From assembly GCF_009914755.1 (NCBI RefSeq), contig NC_060946.1: 64,000 nt of DNA; one strand, given 5' to 3'. Below the pieces are notes generated by a model. It had not been told where the DNA came from, ran no database searches, and saw only the letters and a program-made list of their open reading frames with translations. Every line of letters starts with the position of its first letter. Within the stretch, counting starts at the first letter, position 1. The translations under genes and the position numbers were made by a program. Below, one piece after another: positions 16,028 through 43,569 of this stretch. The stretch comes from the human T2T-CHM13v2.0 reference genome, Homo sapiens.

Positions 16028-17204
16028 ACAATTAATTTTAAAGTATTCTCGTTACTTGAAAATCTGTACCCTTAGCTTCCTGGCCCCCACCAAATTCCTT
16101 CCCAACTTCACCGGCAACCCCCCCACCCTAAACAACCACTAATCTGTTATTTTTGTCTGTAATCTTTCTGTTCAGTAATCTTTCTGTCTCTGTAGATTTG
16201 CCTGTTCTGGACATTTCATATTAATGAAATCGCACAACCTGCGGTGCTTTATACGTGGCGTCTTTCATTCAACATACTTTTTTTTCAGTTTCATCCATGT
16301 TGTAGCACATATTAGCACTTCATTTCTTTGTATTTTTGAGTAATATTTCATCGTGTGGATATACCACATTTTATGGATATTTGGATTATTTCCAGCTTTT
16401 TGGTTATTATGGATAGTGCTGCTATAACCACTCATATACAAGCTTTTCTGTGAGCACATGTTCTCATTTCTCTTGAGTGTATACCTAGGAGTAGATTTGC
16501 AGGATCATATGGTTAACTCGATGTTTCACCATTCCAGGACTGCCAAACTGTTTTCCAAAGTGCCTGCACTATTTTACTTCCTCCTCAGCAGTGTATAAGG
16601 GTTCCGATTTCTCCACAGCCTCATTAACACTTGCTATTATCTTTTTCATTACCAGTAAGTGGCATCTCATTCTGGTTTTGATTTGCATTTCTCTCATGAC
16701 TAATGATGTTGAGCATCTTTTCATGTACTTATCGGCCATTTGTATATTTTCTTTGGAGAAATGTGCATTTGCTTCATGTATTTTTAAAAACCATTTTATC
16801 GATATACATATTTAAGGTATACCACTTGATGAGTTTGAAGTAAGTATATACCCATAAAAACGTCACCACAATGAATGCCATAAACATATTCATCACTTCA
16901 AAAAGTTTGCTCCCTCTCTCTTCATTTCTAATTCTTATGTTTTGTGATAAGGACACTTAACATAAGATCTATTTCCAGTAAATCTTTAAGTATGTAATAC
17001 AGTGTTGTTAACTATAGTCACTATGCTGTACAGGAGGTCTCTAGGACTCATCCCTCTGGCATAGCTGAAGCTTTGCACCCAATGAGCAATGCCCTAGCCC
17101 TTGGCAACCACCATTCTACTCTCTGCTTCTCAGTTTGAATATTTTAGATTCCTTATGTACGTGAGATCATGTAGTATCTGTCCTACTGTGTCCGGCTTCT
17201 TTAA

Positions 17205-17555
<351 letters not shown>

Positions 17556-20543
17556 AGGATTTCCTTTTTTAAAAAGGCTGAATGATGTTCCATTGTACGT
17601 ATATGCCACATTTTCTTTATGTATTCATCCGTGGTTGAAAAAAAAATTTTTTTTAAGCATCTCTTTCAATCTTTGCAGATTGGCTTTGTGCTGGGGCATT
17701 CCTTCAACACCTAACCAGGATATTAACAACTCTGTCTTAGCCTTCACTTCTTGATAACCCTGGACCTAGAGATCTTCCAAAGGAAAAAGCTTAGGGTCTT
17801 CTCAGATCTTTCCTGAATGCGTGACCTGCCCTGGGTATGTGCATGACATTTGAAATCCCCAATAAACACAAGTATTTTTTGAATGTCCTGATTTCCCAAA
17901 GAAACTCTCCCAGATTTTCCTCCCAGGCTTTATGTAATATATTGTATGTCTGAACCACAACTTTTTGTCCCAGGGAGCTGTGGGTTTTTTGGTCATCTCA
18001 GAATGTTTTTAAGCAATGCCTGCCACTTTTCTACCTTGAGTGGATTCAGACTTGGGCAAAACAGACAAATGCCTCATTTTAGTCTCTCAGATCGTTTCTG
18101 ACCGGTTAGAATAGACAAACAAAGTCATTTGTGAATAAGGTCTGCCTTGCTCCCTCTGGAACCTGGGACCTGGGTCCTAAATTGGGAAAATGGACTACTA
18201 TCTTCAAGATCACCATCAAGCTGATGAAGGGGTGGGGCAAGGGCAAGTGAAAATGCCACACCACTTTTCTGTCACTTTGAAGTTGCCCTTTCCTCATTTC
18301 AGGGCTTTCCTGATTGATATAAGTCTTTTACTGTTTTCCAGAGTTCTGGTAAAGTTTCTGCTGCTTTTTCTCCATGTTTCTGTAGAGGGACAGGAGTTTG
18401 GAGCTGTCTACTCTGCCATTTTCCTGATGTCACTCCACTTCTGAGTCTTTCCTATCTTTGTGGATAGCAGAGATGTCGATCTCGGATATGATACCCTTTA
18501 AGGATGGGGTCCTTCATGATGTGATATACAACTTAATATTCATTATATGGTTTTATGTCCCCAACATGTCTAGTAACCAAGGAGTGGACATAGGAGCGCC
18601 CCGCTCGCTAGCACTCTCAGTGACACACTTGGGGAATCTGTGTTTGTGTCTACAGCTTTAGGCTCTGTGAGCTGAAGTCTTGGACTCTGTGAGTGGCAGT
18701 GTGGGGAGTGGGGGAGGCATTTCCACCAAGTGATACAGTAAGAGTTTCACTAAACACAAAGCTATGGCTGCTTCCTAGACAGTCCATGCGCTTGTAACTG
18801 GCAAGCAGAGTTAGCATTCTGGAAAGAGGTGATTACCTGTAATCGTCATTAGGAAGAAAGGATGTTGCCAGATAATAATAGGAAGGAGCAATGTATTTGG
18901 TACTCAGATGATTCATGCTGTCTCTTGGTACTTGCATGTTTAGATATAACTATGTAAGTGTTAACAACCACCGCCTCATAAAGGCATAGTAAGCAGGGGC
19001 TCAGACCCCATTAGGCAAGAGGAGCAGGATCAACCCACCAGGCAAACAACCTAGACCAGCAAAAGTGCTAGCCAGAGGATGAGAGGTGACAAGTATCAGT
19101 CTCTGCATGGGGTCCAACTACAATAGCAGGGGCTATGGTTTGTCCTTTCCCATTGACCCTTCTCTTGTACATTCCCCCAGGACTGGTGACCAGTTAGAAA
19201 CATGGAGCAGCTCTACCTGGATGGAATGAACTTTAAGAAGCAGGTGGATCTGAGCAATGTACACATGGGTGGCTTGTGGATGTTGCTGGCACCCTGCCTA
19301 AACATTCATCCTCCAATTGCTTTGAGTTGGAAGCGCACAGTTACCCTTTTCCCCAGAGAACTGACCTTACTGAAACAGAAGGCCCCCTTCCACCTCACAC
19401 CCTTGGCTGAAGGGCACAAAAGGCCCCTGGTCTTGAGGTAGGACTAACTCTGGAGGGCAATTTGCCCTCCAGAGCTTCCCTGGGACGGGGTGGGGTGGTG
19501 AAGCCGGCCTCCAGCTGAGACCACAACCTTGCTGAGCTTCTTGTCTCCTGCCCCCCTCACTCTTCTGAGAATGACCCTAATTAAGTCATTTGAACCACGG
19601 CCTTCTCAGGGTCAGCTTCTAAGGAACCTGATACAGAATAGTCCCATAAAACCAACACGATGGTGAACTTTATAGTCTGCAAATTCTATCTCAGTAAGGC
19701 TGTTGTATTTTTTTTTAAGTACTTAGTAGTTATTTACAGTAACTACATTTTTTTAAGTTCTACCTCATCAGGGTATACGTTCCTGGGAACCCCTGGTCAG
19801 GTCAAACATCTTACGTTGAACATCTAAGTATTGCTGATTTCAAGGGGAAATGTGCTTGTTCTTGAGCTCCCAAATTAATAGGTAATTGAATTCTTTTGAA
19901 AACACTAAATTCCACTGAAATGGCCTCCAATATAGTGAATTGAGAGTAAACATGGGCTACCCTGCAACAGGTCAAGGCAGCTACCCCTCATTGATAAGGG
20001 TGATGATTTGCAGATTCTTTTGTCTTTTTGCTCAGTACACACTTCAGAGCCACAAAGCACATACATTTACTCAATGTTTATGTAATTCAGCCTTTACTGT
20101 AAAAAAGGAAACAACAAAAACAAAACCCTATTAATAAACACAATGCAAACAATGCCCGAGATTATCATAAAAACATACTAGCAAGCCACAAGTACCAGAG
20201 AGGGGTGAACAGGCATATCTGCTAGCTCTCCTCTTGCAGTCCTCAGCCTCCCACAGGAGGCACAAGGTCCAAACTATTCCTCAAAAAAAAGGACAGCCTC
20301 TTTATGCTGAAATAGGAACTTTAAAGGAAGCTCTTCTTGTAGTCCAAATGGACGTACCTTGTGGTATGGCTGTAAGGACTCGATTTTACGGCTTGTGTAT
20401 TCCTAACTATAGCTAGGCCTGTCACCTGCTGTTCCTGTGATCTCAGCTTTACCTAGAAGAGCTCCTGAAACAGAATGGGTACACGAAAATCTGGAATGAA
20501 TAGCTATCTGCTCAAAAACGATTGTTTAAAAACAGATGATTGG

Positions 20544-20833
20544 GGCCGGGCGCGGTGGCTCATGCCTGTAATCCCAGCACTTTGGGAGGCCGAGGCGGGC
20601 GGATCACGAGGTGAGGAGATCGAGACCTTCCTGGGCAACATGGTGAAACCCCGTCTCTACTAAAAATACAAAAATCAGCTGGGCGTGGTGATGCCAGCCA
20701 CTCGGGAGGCTGAGGCAGGAGAATCGTTTGAACCAGGGAGTCAGAGGTTGCAGCGAGCCGAGACTGCGCCACTGCACTCCAGCCTGGCGACAGAGCGAGA
20801 CTCCGTCTCAGAACGAACAAAGAAACAAACAAA
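20544..20833 (+). mobile_element. Alu in the RABL2B 3'UTR (antisense to the mRNA)
   Basis: Alu consensus; TSD CAGATGA[T/C]TGG. Confidence 0.93.
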
Positions 20834-21346
20834 CCAGATGACTGGGAGACTGAAGAGGAAAAAAGATGGGAGAAAACGTAGGGAAAGGATGGGGCCTCAC
20901 AGACTCAGCTGTGGGTGGGGGGGTAAATCATTACCTCAGGAGAAGCCCAAGGAATTGTCCCCGAGGTGAGCTTTGGAAAGAAAACAAAAACAAAAACAAA
21001 AACACCAAAAAACACCTAAATTTCCTGTATTAAAGTGACACATAATCATGTTTTCTGATTCTCTTCACTGTCTGCCTGCGGGGAGGGGGTGGGGAAGGTG
21101 TTAATGATGCTGATCCCTACTTCTGCTTCAAGGAGATCTGGTGGGGAATTCTTCCACCAGTCCAGAGTTTGCTGGTGCTGACCTCATCCCTGTATCACGG
21201 GCCTAGAATGTGGGAGGCTAATAGGATGGGTGGGTTGCAGGAGGTAGAAGAGGGGATGGCCTAGAGAGTTTCTCCATTCAGAGCTGGAGAGTTGTTGAAG
21301 GGAAGGGTATTTTAAAAGGGCTCCACCCACCCCTAGCCCCAGCCCC

Positions 21347-34865
<13,519 letters not shown>

Positions 34866-35677
34866 TGGCTCCTAGCTGTAGAGAGGGGTCCAGCCCAAGG
34901 GAGGGGAGGGTATTGTCACTGTCTGGGAAGATCAACAAGAGGCTGTTGTCAGAGATAAGTCCCCTCAACCAAATCTCCAGCTGTACCTCCCTCCAGACTG
35001 CTTCCCTCAGTGCCAGACTGAGATATGGTATGCAATTGACTACTAGACTTGGAGTAGCAGAGTATGACACACAGGCATCAATAATATGTTATACACAAAT
35101 AGTTAAGTCCTGCGCACCCCAAATGCTGCTCCTCACGTTACCCATTTGCACAAGACATTCACCAGGCATCCAGTGCCAAAGGCTGTGTGCAACATTATGT
35201 CTAGCTCTGTTTTACTCTCCTCACACCTAAATATGACTTTGCAAACATTCCTGAGAATGTAACCACAGTCCAGACTCTTAGCTAGGGGGGCACATAGAAA
35301 TGATATGATGATGAGATAGCAGCAATAGGTGAGCCTTACTGGGCATTCACCATGAGCAGACCTTGCACAGGGTTCAGAGGATGGAAGACACAATGATAGC
35401 AGAGTCTACTGTGGTGAGAGCTACGACAGAAGTATGCACACGGGTCAGGGGTAGAAAATACCAACAGGGCCCCCGAGTTTTCCTGACTGTGCCACCACAC
35501 AGCTACTGCTTCTGCACAGCCAGGGACTTCGCCTTGTTTATCCAGGGAGACAATTCCTGGGAAGTGGCAGATGCCTGGAAAGCATGATGAGGGGTCTGCC
35601 CCCTTTCACCTGTACCCTGTAGAGAGAGCGACAGAAAGCCAAATCCAGCTTCATGGCTCCATGCTTGAAGACGTTCT

Positions 35678-35822
35678 TTCTTTTGTTTAGAGATAGGGTC
35701 TCACTCTGTCGCCCAGGCTGGAGTGCGGTGGCGCGATCACGGCTCACTGCAGCCTCCAACTCCTGGACTCAAGCGATCCTCCCTCCTCGGCATCCCTGGA
35801 CTATAGGCGTGAGCCACCGCTT
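35678..35822 (-). mobile_element. Alu monomer (FLAM/FRAM-like)
   Basis: Single antisense Alu arm. Confidence 0.75.
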
Positions 35823-35899
35823 ACGGGCGAAGACTTGCTTGTCCGTGTCCTTGCCATCTAAGTGGGTAAGCTATCTTTCGATAAATGTTTTTGGCCACC

Positions 35900-36620
35900 A
35901 ACCATGTCCAGGCATCGCCAGGCTGCCCGTCCCGCCCCCCACAACAGCCTCGCGAAGCCACCTTTCCGTGCTTCCCCCGACCCGGACGCCCTCTCGCCCA
36001 CACCGCTAGGGAGGCCTCGGAGGGGCTGTCCCCGCGTGCTAAGCCAGCCACCGGGGCGGATTTGCCCTCACGTGCGGTTCCGAGTGAGGGCTGGAGAGAC
36101 CAGGGACGCTGCGGGTCGGCCCCTCGGGCCCTGCCGCCAGTCTGGACTCTGCGCGCTCTCGAACCACGCCCGCCGGCCCAGCTCGCGCCGCAGCGCACTC
36201 CACTTCCGGCTCGGCCCGCGTCCTCGCAGCTGCTACGCAACCGCACAAGGACCCCGAGGGAGGCTGCCCGGCCGAAGGCCTGAAGGACCCCGCCGGGGCG
36301 CTGGCTGCCCAGCGCGGCGCCTGGCGGGAGGGCCGCAGGGAGTGCGCATGCGGCCGAGTGCGGGACTGGGGCTCCTGGCTGTGGGTGTGGTACCGAGGCT
36401 TCAGCGGGTGCCGCCCGCCTAGAGGGAGTGGAGCGGTGAGCACGTCAGGGGTGGGGGGCGCAGGTCAAGCTTTCACCAGTTTTTAATTCTTTGATGGGGT
36501 AAATTTGAGCAATTTTCTCGACTTGTCGACATTCGTTATTAACTGAGCAGGAATCAGGAGAGGAACCCGGTCCTCTCCACACAGCCCAGCAGGTACGCCG
36601 CCCATGTGCCTGTGGAGAAG
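35900..36620. promoter_or_regulatory. CpG-island bidirectional promoter (RABL2B on minus; RPL23AP82 lncRNA on plus)
   Basis: Dense CpG. ETS/GABPA CACTTCCGG at 36201-36209, NRF1-like TGCGCATGCG at 36343-36352, X-box-like GTTGCGTAGCAGC (minus) at 36229-36241. Donors face both ways (36071 minus; 36436 and 36593 plus). Confidence 0.85.
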
Positions 36621-36754
36621 AGAGGTTCCTGTGGGGCAGACAGGTGTGGACCAAGTAGCTGCGAAATTTCTTCTGAAGAAAACACACAAGGGGGAAGCGA
36701 GTGAGCTCAGTGGAGGAGGGGCGCTACCCCAGGGGACGTCCCCATGCATGGGCT

Positions 36755-37194
36755 TGTGAACCTCGAATATGTGAGACGGTCTCAGTCAATTTAGAAAGTT
36801 TATTTTGCCAAGGTTGAGGACGCACGCCCGTGACACAGCCTCAGGAGGTCTTGACATGTGCCAAAGGTGGCCGGGACACAGCTTGCTTTTATACATGTTA
36901 GGGAGACAGGAGACATCAATATATGTAAGATGAACGTTGGTTCCCTCGGGAAAGGCGGGACAACTCGAAGCAGGGAGGGGGCTTCCAGGTCACAGGTAGG
37001 TGAGAGACAAACTGTTGTATTCTTTCGGGTTTCTGAATAGCCTCCGCAAAGGAGGCTATCACATATTAACCTATCTCAGTGAGCAGAGGGGTGACTTTGA
37101 ATAGATGGGGAGGCAGGTTTGCCCTAAGCAGTTCCCAGCTTTTTTCCCTTTAGCTTAGTGATTTTGGGGCCCCCAGATTCATTTTCCTTTCACA
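36755..37194 (-). mobile_element. MER4A-type solo LTR (ERV1)
   Basis: TG...CA termini; TGTGAAAGGAAAATGAATCTGGGGGCCCCAAAATCACTAAGC on minus; 4-bp TSD GGCT at 36751-36754 and 37195-37198. Confidence 0.85.
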
Positions 37195-37332
37195 GGCTAG
37201 ACAGCTTTAGGAACTGAAAGGTTCACGAGGCTGTAACGAAGAGTCGAGTTGCTCCAGGTGAGCCTGGGCCACAACAGCACGCAGGACCTGGGCGCCCACG
37301 AGGGGCTCCTGGGAGGGTTTGGGAAAGGGATG

Positions 37333-37742
37333 TGTGAACCCTATCTGAGATGGTTTCAGGTAATTTAGAAAGACGTGCACCCGTGACACAGCCTCAGGAG
37401 GTCTTGACGACATGTGCCCAAGGTGGTCAGGGCACAGCTTGGTTTTAGGGAGACATGAGACATCAATCAATATATGTAAGAAGTACGTTGCTTCCATCCA
37501 GAAAGCTGGGGACAACTGGAAGCAGGGAGGGGGCTTCCAAGGTCACAGGTAGGTGAGAGACAAAGGTTGCATTGTTTTGAGTTTCTGATTAGCCTCTCCA
37601 AAGCAGGGAATCAGATATGCACCTATCTTAGTGAGGAGATAGGTGACTTGGAATAGAAAGGGAGGCAGGTTTGCCCTGAGCAGTTCCCAGCTTGACTTTT
37701 CCTTTAGCTTAGTAATTTTGGGTCCCCAAAATTTTCCTTTCA
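37333..37742 (-). mobile_element. MER4A-type solo LTR (second copy)
   Basis: Clearly homologous to 36755-37194 along its length. Confidence 0.82.
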
Positions 37743-38702
37743 GAGAGCCTACGACTAGATTTGCATCTTTACGTCCTGCGCGGAGGCTGCTACACACATG
37801 CAGAAGTCATGCTGGTGGCCTGGACAGTGAAGGGAGAGAAGTGGATTTGGGAGACATTTAGGAGGTAAGATTGCTAGGACCTTGGTGATAGCTTGGACAT
37901 GGAGGGTGGAGGAGGAGGGGTGTCTAGCAGATAATGCTCTTAGGTTACCACCTGGGATATTAGGGAGAGTGAGCAGGCTGTTTTTTGTTTCTTAGGCAGA
38001 ACTTGGTTTTGCGGTGCAGTAGGGTGCCTGGAGCCGAAAGCCTGACTTCCTCATACAGGCCAGACCCCACATGTGACTGCCAGGCCACTTTGAGGCTGAG
38101 AGAGATGGTTTTGTCTGGCCTCTGTCCTGCACGTGTTTACGGATGACCTCTGTGTTGGCAGATTTGGGGGTCCGCCAGATAGGATCCTGTGAAGAGACCT
38201 CAAAGGTCTTTAGTCCAATCTATAAAACATTTTTATGTTGATTATATCATTTCCACAATCAAAGATGAAGAATATATACAGAGGTGTATTTAGTGAATAA
38301 GGTTGATGGTGCACCTGCGCTAGGCAGTGTTTTAGTTCGTTGAGACACCAGGGAGTTGAGACAATCCTTTACCTCAGAGTTTTGTGTCTGTAAGTCCTGC
38401 TGTTGAGAGGTGTGTGTGTTAAAATGTCTGATTTGGGCAGGTGAGATCTGGGCCCTCTGTAAGGTTAGGTAACAGGAGGTTGGTGTCCAGCAAATATTCA
38501 GTGCCCCATCAACATCCCAGTTCTTGTCCACCAATCTTCCAATTCTAGGACTGATGCGGAGGCCCTCAGAGCGACTTCAGAGGAGAAGTAGTATGCTCTG
38601 TGGCTATCTTGTTTTGGAGTGTAATTTGTAAATCCTCTGCAAACAAAACGTTGGAAACAAGTAGTGTTTTGGCTTGAGTTTCCTGTAAACGGCTTACAGT
38701 CG

Positions 38703-38961
38703 TTGGGTTAGGGTTGGGTTAGGGTGATGGTGAGGGTGGGGGATGAGGGTTAGGGGTTAGGGTTAGGGTAGGGTCAGGGTTAGGGTCAGGGTCAGAGTCA
38801 TGGTTAGGGGTTAGGGTTAGGGTCAAGGTCAGGGGTTAGGGTTAGGGTTTAGGGTTAGGGTTTAGGGTTAGGGGTTGGGGTTAGGGGTTGGTTAGGGTTA
38901 GGGGTTAGGGGTTAGGGTTAGGGTTAGGGTTAGGATTAGGGGTTATGGTTAGGGTTATGGT
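38703..38961 (+). repeat. Interstitial degenerate telomeric repeat (TTAGGG/TCAGGG/TGAGGG)
   Basis: About 260 bp of TTAGGG and variants, with the same polarity as the terminal array. Confidence 0.95.
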
Positions 38962-41900
38962 ACTGTAAATAATTTCACATTATTACTAATAATAAATTAT
39001 TATTTGTATTACACTATTACATAATGTAAAGGCTATTAAGACATGTTTGTCTTCAAAGAATGGCCTTGGTTTCTGTGGGCAGTGTCCTCATGGAAAGGTA
39101 ATGCGTTCCTGCTAAATCATGGACAAAACGGGCTTGCAGGAGCTACAGGCTGCAGCAGCAGCTTCTCCTCTACGTCCTTCACTGCCTCATACTGTTGTTG
39201 ACTTTGAAAGCTTTTTTCAGTCTAGTTTTATCAACAGAGCTAGTATTTTCATGAGGTTCTACTACATACCAGGTTCCAGAAAGCTAAATGCCTTTTGTTT
39301 GTTATTATTCACTAAATACAAATCACAACTCTCTCCTCATTACTCACACAACAAAATTTAGCTGAGGGAGACTGAGTGACTGTCCCAGGGTCACACAGCT
39401 ACTAAGAGCAGAGTCGTGTTTAGATTCATGTGGGAATACTGAACACAGACATGAACCAGTGGAAACATCCTACGTTCCAAAAGCCTACTCAAGCCATTTG
39501 TTCTTATTTTAAGGAAAATCTTTATGCTAATTTTAAACTCCAAATACTTATGAATGGCAGAGATCTACAGATTTGATTCTGATGTAAGAAATGATGGTCA
39601 CCAGCTGGTTACTGCTACCACCCCACAACCCCGAGCATACTGGACGAATGTCTAAGCCTTGTGGTTAGTGGGGACAATGCTGGTGGAGTCTGAAGTTGTC
39701 ATGCGGTGACTCATGCAAGCTTAGGCAGATTTGGTGATATATGACACAGAGATGCAAAGAAATGTTGTAGCTGACACACACCGGCTGGCTCTGGGAGATG
39801 CAGAAGGAGCACGTCACCCAAAATAGAGCCAGACAGACATCCTTAAGGAAAGAGCCAAGGGGCTGCATCTTAAAGAATGAAGAAAGGATTTGTCATGAGA
39901 GATGGGACAGGAAGTTCTTGAGAGGCAGAGGGAGATTGTGAGAATGTTGGGAAGGGAGGAGAGATTCTCGCACATCTGGGAAGCTGACAATCCATCAGCA
40001 TGTCCAGAAGGAAAATAAGGAGGAGGAGCAGAAATAGATGAGGCTGGATATAGAAGCAGGGCTGAAGCTGTGTCGATTGTGGTAAAGAGTTGTGATTCTA
40101 TCCAGAAGGCAATAGGTAGCATTCTAAACAGAGATCTTTTAAAACAAGAGTCAGCAAATATTTTCTGCAAGGGGCTAAATGTTAAATATTTCAAGTTTTC
40201 CAAGCCATATGGTCTCTCTCTCAATGACTCAGCTCTTCCATTATACCATGAAAGTAGCCAGAGACATTATGTAACACATGTATTGGCTGTGTCCCATTAC
40301 AACTTTACTTACAAACGCAGACTGTGTCAGACATGGTCCATGCATGGTAGTTTGCCACACTCTGTTTTAGAAAGCTCAGGTTTATGATGTGATGGAGAAT
40401 GCCTACAAGAGCTCTTGTTTTAAATGGTAGAGTGAACATACACTGGAATTCTATCCTGCTTGACCCAAGCTCTTGATAGCGAAAGGCAGAAAAGATAGAT
40501 GGTAAACAGATAGATAGATGATAGATAAAGAAAATACATAGCTGTTCCAGAAAACAGAAATGGATAACTTCATGAACCAAAAGCAGAGTAATATACTTTA
40601 GAAAGGAAGCAGGCCAGAAAACCCACAGTTGCAAAGCAAATAGAATTTCCAACTGCCTCTTGTAGCCCCTTCCTGGAAGTAGTCACAGCCCAGGGTGTTT
40701 GACTTCTTCCTCTGTTTTTTGTTTGTTTGTTGTTTGCTTTTCTGTGGGGTTTTTGTTGTTGTTGTTTGCTTTTTTAAAAAAAAATTCCCTTTCCCTGCTT
40801 TTTGGTCACAGCAGCCTTTGTCACTTCAAACACCGCAAGTGTTCTTTAAAAAAAATTATATCAACCTTTCAATTAAAATGCAACATGTCTGAAACTTGGT
40901 ATCTGGAGAGGTGAGTTGGACAAAGGAGCCCTTGTTACTGCACGTTTTCATTCTTCAAATTTCACCTTGCACGCAGTAACAGACAGTGCGCAAAGCCACT
41001 TCCTTATGGACGGAAATTCTGAAATCCTTTTATGCCTGGCCTTTCCATCCTTCATCTTCCCCTCTCCCACGCTGTGAAGGATCGTATTGGACATTTTTGT
41101 TTTAATGTCAGTGACAGGGGAACACAGGTAGCTCTAATATAGCTGTGACCCAGATGCTTCTGTTTCTAGCACGTATTTATTTTGCAGCAAACATTTACAT
41201 CCATGATGTTTTACTGTCTTTTGAAAATAATTAGGCAATATCTCATCTGAGGTAGGATGTTTCTAGGGGTTGTGTTCTGAGGGAGGAAAACTAATCTGTT
41301 CTCTTTCCACTGCATTCTAGGAACAGTAAGAGGACCTTGTGCATGAATAATTTGTTTCCACACTACAGAGTGGGTAATAAGCAGATTAGTAAAAACAATT
41401 CTGCTTCACTTCAATAACAGCCTCCTCCAACTCATTTTTTCTCAACAAACTTATTTTTCCAGCAGAAGAATCCCAGACTTCTTAGAGAACCCAGTGACTT
41501 TTTGCACCTTAAATCTGTGAAATCCTCATGTTTTCTTCTGCCGTATCCATAGTTCAAACAAAGATGAGGCAAAGCTAGATGCATTCCTGAAGGAACCCAA
41601 GAAATTCCTCTCTTTATTTCTCTGGAATGAAATGAATTCTCTAGACCACCAGTTCTAACCTTCAAAAACCAAACCTGTTTGTGAGATCTCCTTCAAATAC
41701 TACTGTAGACCCCAGTGTTTATTCATTAAATTTTTAAAATATTTGTTTTATTTGGAATCCATGTATTTGTAATTTTAGTGTTTGTATTAATATAAGGGAG
41801 AAATGTTTAAATCTGTCTATGCCATATGTGCCTCTGGCTTATTGCCCAATTAATTGTAGACTCAGGCTAAACTTTGGTTTCTGTCTTTAATTTTTGTCAG

Positions 41901-43174
41901 AAGAAATATAACTGATCTCAAAACATCTGCTTTTATTGTAGGGACTCGTGCTGCCATCTCCATTCCTCTCTCTTTTCTTGCAATCTGGGTAGAAGTTCTT
42001 TAATATGAACATTTCAACCAGCTTCATTCTACCGTGTCCACTATCAGCACATTCAAACTGATCCAGCCAAGGCTGTCATCTTAGGCCAGGGATTTTTTAG
42101 GAATCTATTATGCTGTGATGCGGCTGGCACCCCTTTGACTCACTGTATCACCCCAGGGTTCTTTTCATTTCAGAAGCCCAAGAGGGCAGAAAAAGAAGTA
42201 GGTGAGCAATTAAACCCTCTGAGTCAGGAGCGTCTCCCCTTGCGTTAAGCAATGTTGTAGAACATCGTGTTTAGCAAGCTCCTAGCAGATGAGCCACGTG
42301 GCTGCTGAGCACACACGCCTGCTTGCTGCTGTGAGCTCAGGCACCATCATCATGTCTTTTCCATCTCTGGAGCGAATTGTAAGGGCCACTTAATAACCTG
42401 TAAATCACAGAGAGTTAAAGGTGCTTCCCCAAAACACTGATGACAGAATGAAAGGTGAGGAGTGTTAGCCACAGGTCACAAAAGTGCAGGAAAGTCTCTC
42501 AGTGTGGGTTGTTGAAGAAATGCAGGTCTTTTTTCTTTTGGAAGTCTCCCTAGAATGGGGTCAAGGACTCTGCCCATTCTAGGATGAAAAACTGGGATAT
42601 TAGACACCTTCAGATATTTATCCCCAGCTTTCATTTTGGGCTCTTAATTAGTTTGTTCATCCATCACAATCTCAAATGCTAAGCAGGGCATTTGAATCTC
42701 TCCACAGTGCAAATCAGCGCCGTCTTTTAAAGTTGAGTTTCTTGTTATTCTCACCTGATGTACCTTATTTATCCCACACCCACCCCAATAACATATCGTG
42801 CTCACTGTTATCTTTGAGGCAACCCTTGAATTTTACTCAGCCTGGAGCGCTCTTCACATGTCTTGTCCAGAGCCAGTTCGGACTCATTCTTCAGCCGTGC
42901 ATCAGTCAGTGGGGGCTAGCTTAAACTGTGGTGACAAACAACCTCCAAATTTCAGTGGCTCAAAAATCTTCTTCCTCATTTATTTACATCTCATGACTGG
43001 TCAGGTGAGAGGTAGCTCTGTGCTGTGTCATCCTAACACAGGAATCCAGAAGGAAGGAGGGACCGTCAAGATCCCCATTGCTATAGAAAAGAGAAAAAAG
43101 CATGCGGAATAGAACGCTGTTTCTTGGAGATTTCTCCTGAAAAAGTCACATGTTATTTCTTCTCACCTCCATCG

Positions 43175-43176
<2 letters not shown>

Positions 43177-43226
<50 letters not shown>
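43177..43226 (+). repeat. A50 homopolymer
   Basis: 50 uninterrupted A residues. Confidence 0.95.
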
Positions 43227-43229
<3 letters not shown>

Positions 43230-43569
43230 ATGTGGCCATGGGAAAATTTAAGTAGGTGGGATGGAACAGTCAGAATGCATTCATAAAAAATGAACTGAAA
43301 ATATTTGGAGAACAGCACCAATGACTATCATGAATGCCAACATACATCCCTAACAACCCAGTGCTGTTACCCTCCAAACTTTTTATGTCTTGCAAAGTAT
43401 TAGAACTTCATATCTGAAGCCATACCACTCAGAGGGAATGCAATACATATTGACATCTCCTTTAGGATGTCCATAGAGAATTCAAGAAAAGAAATAATTT
43501 AAAAGTGCTTTTGGGTACAGCTATTTAGCACTAGAGGGTAAGAGTAGAGATAGATTGTAAAGATAATAA

